The notes beneath the pieces were generated by a model. The model was not told the origin of the DNA and did no database searches. It saw nothing but the letters and a program-made list of their open reading frames with translations. From Candidatus Latescibacterota bacterium (lineage in GTDB: Bacteria > Latescibacterota > UBA2968): a stretch of 64,000 nt of DNA. This document shows positions 57,715 through 64,000 of this stretch, one piece after another (the stretch's first letter is position 1; each line of letters begins with the position of its first letter). Position numbers and translations under genes: made by a program. The stretch covers positions 2,976,001 through 3,040,000 of the forward strand of contig OZ242010.1 in the NCBI GenBank assembly GCA_965204745.1. The letters run 5' to 3'.

Positions 57715-58929
57715 TCACAATGCGACTTTGGCCTGTTGTTGTTCTTTGGGTGAGTTCAAAACCGGATAGGCTTCCACGGGTGCAAATCCGGGCGCGTCAA
57801 TGGGTGGGATTTTGGCTTGCGCCCTTTCAATGGCCGGGCCGAGGCGTTCGGCTTTTTTGGCAATGTGGATTTCGTGTCGCGCTTTGAAATCCGGCAACAC
57901 GGCTTGGGCGAAGCATTCGAGGGATTCGCAGATGTGATCGTGTTTGTTGTTCCCGGCTTGCTGGAGAAAGACGACTTGATCGACGCCGATTTTTTCCATG
58001 CGCTCGAGGTGGGCGCGAATCTCGTCTGGCGTGCCGATGCAGCGCGCGCTTTCTTTGGGTTCGGATTTGTTTTGCTGGAAATCCGCCCACAAGTCAAACG
58101 CGCCCGGCACATGGGTGCCGTGCTTGTAATAATGGGACAGGGCATAGCTGAAAAATTGAAAGCCTTCCAGACCGCGTGCGCGTGCGATGGCCCCATTTTC
58201 GTGGCACATAAACCCGGCGACCATTGCAATGGTGGGGTTGACCGCTTGACCGAGGGGTTCGCATGCGGTCTCAAATGCGGTGTAGTATTCCTCGACCCAG
58301 TACTTGGCTTCCTCGGGTTCGATAAAGGCAAAGGTGAGCGCGCCCATGCCATGTTTGCCGGCCCAGCGAATGCTCTCTCGGGTGGAACAGGCGACCCACA
58401 GGGGCGGGTGGGGCTTTTGCAGGGGTTTGGGTACGATGTTGCGTTCGGGCATGTCAAAAAACGCGCCCCGATACCCCGGGTACGGTTCTGACACGAACAT
58501 CTTGGCGGTCTCGCGCACGGTCTCTGCCCACATGGCTTTTTTTTGCGCGACCGGCACGTTGAATCCTTCGAGTTCGGCGCGCGAGGCCGATTCGCCCGTG
58601 CCCCATTCCACGCGCCCGTCGCTGATCAAATCCAGGGTTGCAATGCGTTCGGCCACGCGCGCGGGGTGGTTGTAATTCGGAGGCATGAGCACGATGCCGT
58701 GTCCCAAGCGGATATTTTTCGAGCGTTGGCTACACGCGGCGAGAAACACCTCTGGCGCCGAGGAATGGGAATATTCTTCCAAGAAGTGGTGTTCCACTTC
58801 CCAAACGTATTCGATGCCAACGCTATCGGCGAGTTCGACTTGCTCGAGCGCGTCCTTAAAAAGCTGGTGTTCGTCTCCCTCTGTCCAGGGGCGGGGGATT
58901 TGGTGTTCGTAAAAAATGCCAAATTGCAT
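57715..58929 (-). CDS. Luciferase-like (LLM class) flavin-dependent monooxygenase
   Basis: WEVEHHFLEEYSHSSAPE, HPARVAERIATLDL, PKPLQKPHPPLW. Confidence 0.93.
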   Translation of the reverse strand: MQFGIFYEHQIPRPWTEGDEHQLFKDALEQVELADSVGIEYVWEVEHHFLEEYSHSSAPEVFLAACSQRSKNIRLGHGIVLMPPNYNHPARVAERIATLDLISDGRVEWGTGESASRAELEGFNVPVAQKKAMWAETVRETAKMFVSEPYPGYRGAFFDMPERNIVPKPLQKPHPPLWVACSTRESIRWAGKHGMGALTFAFIEPEEAKYWVEEYYTAFETACEPLGQAVNPTIAMVAGFMCHENGAIARARGLEGFQFFSYALSHYYKHGTHVPGAFDLWADFQQNKSEPKESARCIGTPDEIRAHLERMEKIGVDQVVFLQQAGNNKHDHICESLECFAQAVLPDFKARHEIHIAKKAERLGPAIERAQAKIPPIDAPGFAPVEAYPVLNSPKEQQQAKVAL

Positions 58930-58994
58930 GCCGATCTCCAGTGTTCGACAAGGCGGGCCTCGTTGGTCGTCTTGATGATACACAACAATTCGCC

Positions 58995-60242
58995 ATGATG
59001 CCAAAAATAATTAAATCCGAGTTGCTGATCGTTCACCCTGACGCCGCGCCCATTCCGCAGGGGATGATCCTCGTCAACGCGGGGCGCGTCTTGGATGTCG
59101 GGACGGACCTCGCCTTGCCCGCGGGCGCAGAGGTGGTGGATTGTTCGGCCTATACGGTGATGCCCGCGCTGATCGATTCCCATGTGCATATCACGATCAA
59201 CAATCGGTTCGAGCTGCCCTTGAGCGCGCATTTTGATCTGGACGCGACAACGGCGGTGTTGCGCGGGGCGATGAATCTGCGGAGCGATCTGGCATCGGGC
59301 GTGACGACCATGCGGGTTTTGGGGGATCGCCCGGGCATTGAAAAGGCGTTTCAAGGGGCGATAGACCGGGGCGAAGCCGTGGGGCCGAGGTTGCAGGTGT
59401 GCGTGCGGGCATTGCGACCGAGCCACGGAACCGCGCCTTTTCTGTGTTTTCCCGCGGATGGTGAAGCGGAATTGGCGTTGAAAATCCGGGAAAATTTTGC
59501 CCAGGGCGCGGACTGGACCAAGTTGTTCATCACCAACGTGCGACAAGGCGATGCGTACGAAGATTATATCCGGGGCGATTTGACGGATGTGCCCGCGTAC
59601 TCGAGACGGGAAATTGAAACGGCCATTGCCGCATCGCACGACTTGGGCATCCCCGTGGCCGCGCATGCGATAGGCGGGCCGGCCATGCGCTGGGCACTAG
59701 AAGCCGGGATCGACAGCATTGAGCACGCCAATTTGTCGACCGAGGAGGATGTCGCGCTGTTCGCAAAATCGGGCGCGTATTTGAGCGATCCAAATTTGCA
59801 ACTGTTTTTTGACGATGAGGTCGGGTTTGCGACCTTTCCAACCTGGGCGTGGGATTGGTGGCGCGACCGGGTCAAACGCGCCCGCGACTCGACCGCAGAG
59901 CATTTGCCCGAAGCGATTCGCGCAGGCGTCAAGGTGTGTTTGGGCACCGATAGCACGCACGCAACGCTCTGGCGCGAGGCAAAGGCACTCGTCGGCTTGG
60001 GCGTATCGGAAACAGACGCGCTCAAGGCGGTAACGACAAATACCGCCGAGATGCTGGGCATGGCGGATCGCGTGGGGCATCTGCGCGCCGGGATGTTCGC
60101 AGACGCGATAGCCCTTTCGGGCAATCCGCTCGAGGATATCGCGTGCTTGCGCGATGTGAAACTGGTGATGAAAGCGGGCGAGGTTGTAACAGATGTTTTG
60201 TGCGGTGCAAGCGGTGTTTTCAGCGATGAACGGGAGAGGTGA
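58995..60242 (+). CDS. Amidohydrolase family protein
   Basis: MPALIDSHVH, GVTT.R, VAAHA, SIEH, GTD. Confidence 0.9.
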   Translation: MMPKIIKSELLIVHPDAAPIPQGMILVNAGRVLDVGTDLALPAGAEVVDCSAYTVMPALIDSHVHITINNRFELPLSAHFDLDATTAVLRGAMNLRSDLASGVTTMRVLGDRPGIEKAFQGAIDRGEAVGPRLQVCVRALRPSHGTAPFLCFPADGEAELALKIRENFAQGADWTKLFITNVRQGDAYEDYIRGDLTDVPAYSRREIETAIAASHDLGIPVAAHAIGGPAMRWALEAGIDSIEHANLSTEEDVALFAKSGAYLSDPNLQLFFDDEVGFATFPTWAWDWWRDRVKRARDSTAEHLPEAIRAGVKVCLGTDSTHATLWREAKALVGLGVSETDALKAVTTNTAEMLGMADRVGHLRAGMFADAIALSGNPLEDIACLRDVKLVMKAGEVVTDVLCGASGVFSDERER

Positions 60243-60427
60243 AACGTAAGATGGGAGACGGAAGGGGGTTAGGGGGGTAGGTCCTAACAAAAAGACAAGT
60301 ACGCAATGGATCCAACGCTTAATTCGCATTGCTAATACCAATTTGATTTTTTATTATCCTAATTTTTCAAATAGTGGTCTTCTCATTTCTCGCGTCTTAC
60401 TTCTCGCTACTTTTTCGGAGAACCGAA

Positions 60428-60859
60428 ATGCTCGTTGGTATATCCCCGCTGTTCAGCCCCGAATTGCTCGCCGCGATCTATCGCATGGGACACGGCGATG
60501 AGATTGTGTTGGCCGATGCCCATTTTCCCGGGCACTCGGTCAATGCCCATGTTCTGCGGGCCGATGGGTTGGGCATTGCCGATTTGCTCGAAGCCATTTT
60601 GCCCCTGTTCGTGCTGGACACGTATGTGGATAGCCCGGTGTTCATGATGGATGCCGTGCCCGGCGATGCGCTCGATCCCGAGGTTGAAGCCTCTTACCGC
60701 GCTGTGATTGACAGGATTTGGCCCGACACGCCCCCAGTTGCGCGTGTTGAACGCTTTGCGTTTTACGAACAGGCGAGCCATGCCTTTGCCGTGGTGATGA
60801 CCGGAGAAACCGCCAAATACGGCAATATCATTCTCAAAAAAGGCGTGACGCCGGTTTAG
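60428..60859 (+). CDS. fucU: L-fucose mutarotase (RbsD/FucU family)
   Basis: [35 protein letters not shown]. Confidence 0.9.
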   Translation: MLVGISPLFSPELLAAIYRMGHGDEIVLADAHFPGHSVNAHVLRADGLGIADLLEAILPLFVLDTYVDSPVFMMDAVPGDALDPEVEASYRAVIDRIWPDTPPVARVERFAFYEQASHAFAVVMTGETAKYGNIILKKGVTPV

Positions 60860-60865
60860 AGGTCT

Positions 60866-61159
60866 CTAACTCGTTTTCTCCAAAGCCCGCAAAACTGCCT
60901 GGGGTTCGTGGGCTGCCACCTGCAATAACACCCGTGCGGGTCCTTGAGGAGTCTGATTTCCGCGTTCCCAGCGACGCAGTGTCCTGAGGCTAATACCAAA
61001 TGCAGCCGCAAAGGCCGTTTGCGTCATACCGACCCGTTTCCGGATGGCTTTTACATCAGTGGTCTGAGGGGGATGCTCAACCGCCTGACTTGTCTGGCCT
61101 GCCGCGTGTTCAATCGCTTCTGTTAATCCTTGTTTAATACTTGCAAAAACCTTACCCAT
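60866..61159 (-). CDS. HigA-like XRE HTH antitoxin
   Basis: DVKAIRKRVGMTQTAFA..TLRRWERG..PQGPARVLL. Confidence 0.88.
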   Translation of the reverse strand: MGKVFASIKQGLTEAIEHAAGQTSQAVEHPPQTTDVKAIRKRVGMTQTAFAAAFGISLRTLRRWERGNQTPQGPARVLLQVAAHEPQAVLRALEKTS

Positions 61160-61162
61160 GAG

Positions 61163-61492
61163 TCATCTCCATGTCTCGATCAAGGTGTGGACGAGGGCGC
61201 GTAATGCACGGCGTTCAGATGGGTTGAAATCGTCTTTCGCGCCTTTGCCGAACACGGTTAAGAGGTAGAGCGGCATCTGCTCGTTGTGGTAGTAGTAGAT
61301 GACCCGCACACCGCCGCGCTTACCTATCCCTGGGCGTGTCCAGCGAAGTTTTCTGATCCCTCCCGTGCCACGCATGATGACGCCTGCCTGGGGATGCGTT
61401 GCCAGATAATTGACCAACTCATGGCACTCATGCGCGGATAGCAACCGATTTGCTCGGCGCAAATATTCAGGTAATTCCACTACAGTATGCAT
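61163..61492 (-). CDS. HigB/RelE family toxin
   Basis: GTGGIRKLRW..GKRGGVRVIYY..LYLLTVF.K; toxin-first order. Confidence 0.9.
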   Translation of the reverse strand: MHTVVELPEYLRRANRLLSAHECHELVNYLATHPQAGVIMRGTGGIRKLRWTRPGIGKRGGVRVIYYYHNEQMPLYLLTVFGKGAKDDFNPSERRALRALVHTLIETWR

Positions 61493-61626
61493 GAAGGCGA
61501 ACAATCCAATGGTGAATGAATAAATGTTTTATGATACAGCATCGAAAAAATAATGGCAAGAGAGAACTGGATTTCCATTCTCGAACCCGTCCGAAAGAAC
61601 GGGTTGTTCAGATAAGGAGGTGTCCG

Positions 61627-63381
61627 ATGGCTGTGACGACACTCGTGCGCGTTGAAGATATTCCCGAAGATGGGATTGTTGCCGTGAATGTGGACGGGCA
61701 TGCGATTGCGCTGGCAAAGTCGGATGGCGCGATTCGGGCGGTGGATAACCGATGCCCGCACATGGGCTATCCGCTGAGTGAAGGGTCGATTCACAATGGG
61801 TTGATCATCTGCCACTGGCATCACGCGCGGTTCGATTTGGTCAGCGGGTGTACGTTTGATCCGTTTGCCGATGATGTTCGCAGTTATCCGGTGGCGGTGC
61901 AGGATGGCGAGATTTTCGTGGATGTACATGCGACGCATCCGGATCCGGTAGGGCATTGGAAGCGGCGGTTGAGCGAGAGTTTGGAGCAGAATATCAATTT
62001 GGTGATCGCCAAGGCGGTGATCGCGCTGCGGGCGCATCGGGTCGATGGCGATGAGATCGCGGAGATCGGTGCGCGGTATGGCGCGTTGCGGCGGCGTCAG
62101 GGTTGGGGTCCCGCGCTGACCATTTTGACGTGTATGGCGAATGTGGTGCCCAAGTTGGCCCGCGAGGATCAGGTGCTCGCGCTGTACCAAGGGTTGTTGC
62201 ATGTGGCCCGCGAGACCAATAATGCGTCGCCGAGGATCGTTTTTACGCCCTTGCAAACCGAAGACCTCACGATGGCGCGTATCGAGGAATGGTTCCGCTA
62301 TCTCATCGAGGTGCGAAATGCCGATGGCGCAGAGCGCGCGTTGCTCACGGCGATTTCTATGGGCGCGACGCCCGCGGAGATGTGCGATATGATGGTGGCC
62401 GCAGCGACGGATCACTTTTATCGAGACGGCGGGCATGTGCTGGATTTTATCAACAAGGGCTTTGAAATGCTGGATCGCATCGGGTGGGACAAAGCCGACG
62501 AGATTTTGCCCTCGCTCGTGGGGGTGTTGTCGCGGTCGCAGCGCAGCGAAGAGCTCAACCGCTGGCGCAGTCCCATCGATCTGGTGCAGTTGTTGAACGC
62601 CGCTTTTGACGCACTCGAGGATTTGGTTCGAGAGGGCAAGGGAAAGACATGGGACGATGCGGATGCGTTGACGGACATTTTGTTGGGCGATGATCCCCAT
62701 GCGATAGTGGATGGGCTGAAGACCGCATTTGCCGAAGGCGCGACCCTGACGCAGTTGACGCAGACCTTGGCCTATGCCGCTGCGGTGCGGATTGCGCGGT
62801 TTCACACGAAGAATGAGTTTGGCGATTGGATCGCGGTGTTGCACACGCATTCGGCGGCCAATGCCCTGCATCAATGTGCAAAGCGCGCGCCGTCATTGGA
62901 ACTGGCGCGGGGGATTTTCCACGCTGCAATGGCCCTGTACTTCGACCGGTGGTTCAACAAACCGGCGGCGAGATTGCCTCGGGATCAGCGCGCGACCCAA
63001 CAGTTGCCAGAAGACGCGGATGAATTGCTCGATTCTTTTGTTACCTTGCTCGACACCCAAGCGCAGGTCGATGAGGCCGGGCGGATCGCCTATCGGTACT
63101 TGTCTTTGGGCCATCCGCGTGCCGCCCTGTGCGAACGCTTGGGCCATGTGTTGTTGCGAGAAGATGCCGAGTTTCACTCGTTCCAGATGCTCGAGTCCGC
63201 GTTTAGCCAAGCCGAAGAGCTCGATGAAGAACGCGCGCGCATGACGCTGGTGGCCGCGGCGCGCTATCTGGCCGCGCATGCCCCCACGGCCCGCGCTTTG
63301 AAACAGACGGCAAATTTGGCCCTTCGGCTCCACCGCGGCGACGACCTTTCGGCGGAAGATCCAGATGAAGAGATGGGATGA
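61627..63381 (+). CDS. Rieske [2Fe-2S] domain protein with large helical C-terminal region
   Basis: NRCPHMGYPL..ICHWHHARFDL; RBS AAGGAGG. Confidence 0.85.
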   Translation: MAVTTLVRVEDIPEDGIVAVNVDGHAIALAKSDGAIRAVDNRCPHMGYPLSEGSIHNGLIICHWHHARFDLVSGCTFDPFADDVRSYPVAVQDGEIFVDVHATHPDPVGHWKRRLSESLEQNINLVIAKAVIALRAHRVDGDEIAEIGARYGALRRRQGWGPALTILTCMANVVPKLAREDQVLALYQGLLHVARETNNASPRIVFTPLQTEDLTMARIEEWFRYLIEVRNADGAERALLTAISMGATPAEMCDMMVAAATDHFYRDGGHVLDFINKGFEMLDRIGWDKADEILPSLVGVLSRSQRSEELNRWRSPIDLVQLLNAAFDALEDLVREGKGKTWDDADALTDILLGDDPHAIVDGLKTAFAEGATLTQLTQTLAYAAAVRIARFHTKNEFGDWIAVLHTHSAANALHQCAKRAPSLELARGIFHAAMALYFDRWFNKPAARLPRDQRATQQLPEDADELLDSFVTLLDTQAQVDEAGRIAYRYLSLGHPRAALCERLGHVLLREDAEFHSFQMLESAFSQAEELDEERARMTLVAAARYLAAHAPTARALKQTANLALRLHRGDDLSAEDPDEEMG

Positions 63382-63402
63382 GGTAGTGAGACGAGATGGA
63401 AG

Positions 63403-63527
63403 TTTAGCCACGAGCGGGGTACAACTGGCGACAGCCAGTTCAAAGGCACTTTAGCCACGAAAAGCATGGAAAACACAGCATGAACGGGTTTTAACCCTTT
63501 TTGTGTTTCTGTGCCTTTTGTGGCTAT
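63403..63527. repeat. Dispersed repeat (39-bp hairpin element flanked by TTTAGCCACGA direct repeats; TAGCCAC..GTGGCTA inverted pair)
   Basis: 63409-63447 matches 6553-6591 with one mismatch. Confidence 0.7.
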
Positions 63528-63579
63528 GTACTAAACTGATTCAACGACACGTAGTCCTTAATTATTTGTACGGGAGCCG

Positions 63580-64000
63580 TCATATAATCCCATACAGCGG
63601 CCCGCCCTTTGCGCCGAGGGCATCTACTCTCTTCGCGATCTCGGCATCCTCGACGAGCGGTGGCGCGTGGTGGGGCTTGTGGCGGGCGTCGATCATGAGC
63701 GGCCCGTTACAACCCCAGTGTTTGTGGTCCACAAAGCTACTCACGCCGTAAATATCGTGCGACGGATTGGACCGGGTGAACGTTACCCAAAGAAAATTGT
63801 CGAGGGTGCGCGTGCTAAACGCGCTGTCATCCACAACGAGAATGAGCGGCAAGCCGTCGAGGGATTGCGGCGCGAGCGTCTCGGCGAGGCGTCGCATGTC
63901 ATCGCCGCCCTCTGTGAACGCGGGGCCTTCGACAGCCGCGACGCCAGGCAGGGCAATGGCGGGATTTTTGAAGCCATCGAGCAAGGTGAGATCGGGCGGA
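63580..64000 (-). CDS. UbiD family decarboxylase, C-terminal part (runs off window)
   Basis: VVDD..NFLWVTFTRSNPSHDIYG..KHWGC.GP..IDAR.KPHHAPPL. Confidence 0.82.
   Translation of the reverse strand, partial: PPDLTLLDGFKNPAIALPGVAAVEGPAFTEGGDDMRRLAETLAPQSLDGLPLILVVDDSAFSTRTLDNFLWVTFTRSNPSHDIYGVSSFVDHKHWGCNGPLMIDARHKPHHAPPLVEDAEIAKRVDALGAKGGPLYGII

Noticed and set aside
60866-61492. HigBA pair as a novel system
   Set aside because: It is an ordinary, well-known toxin-antitoxin module.

Overview
GC-rich bacterial chromosome segment. The gene content (PhyH dioxygenases, enolase-superfamily and Gfo/Idh/MocA enzymes, a GLUG/Calx-beta surface protein, an EF-hand-like 'DGDG..F.DFL.F...FG' module) suggests a Latescibacterota/Gemmatimonadota-like, possibly sponge-associated organism; this taxonomy is inference only. 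Housekeeping content: glcB, yiaK, tRNA-Gly(CCC), miaA-mutL, nadB, dnaK, sucC, an M16 peptidase, and a dcw cluster (mraZ-rsmH-ftsL-ftsI-murE-murF / ftsW-murC-murB-ftsQ-ftsA-ftsZ) that lacks mraY, murD, murG and ddl. The most interesting accessory element is an AT-richer three-gene CBASS-like operon (33286-35250, minus strand). It encodes a CD-NTase ending in -YGS, a stand-alone E2-like enzyme, and a small 3-TM protein with no recognisable nucleotide-sensor domain, and it is preceded by a near-consensus sigma-54 promoter. Also present are two DNA methyltransferases whose restriction endonucleases appear reduced to C-terminal stubs, an IS903-like remnant, three toxin-antitoxin-like pairs, a candidate structured RNA upstream of mutL, and several families of short dispersed repeats (MITE/REPIN-like elements, heptamer arrays) that fill intergenic gaps and even supply stop codons. 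All calls come from motif recognition by eye; no database searches were run.
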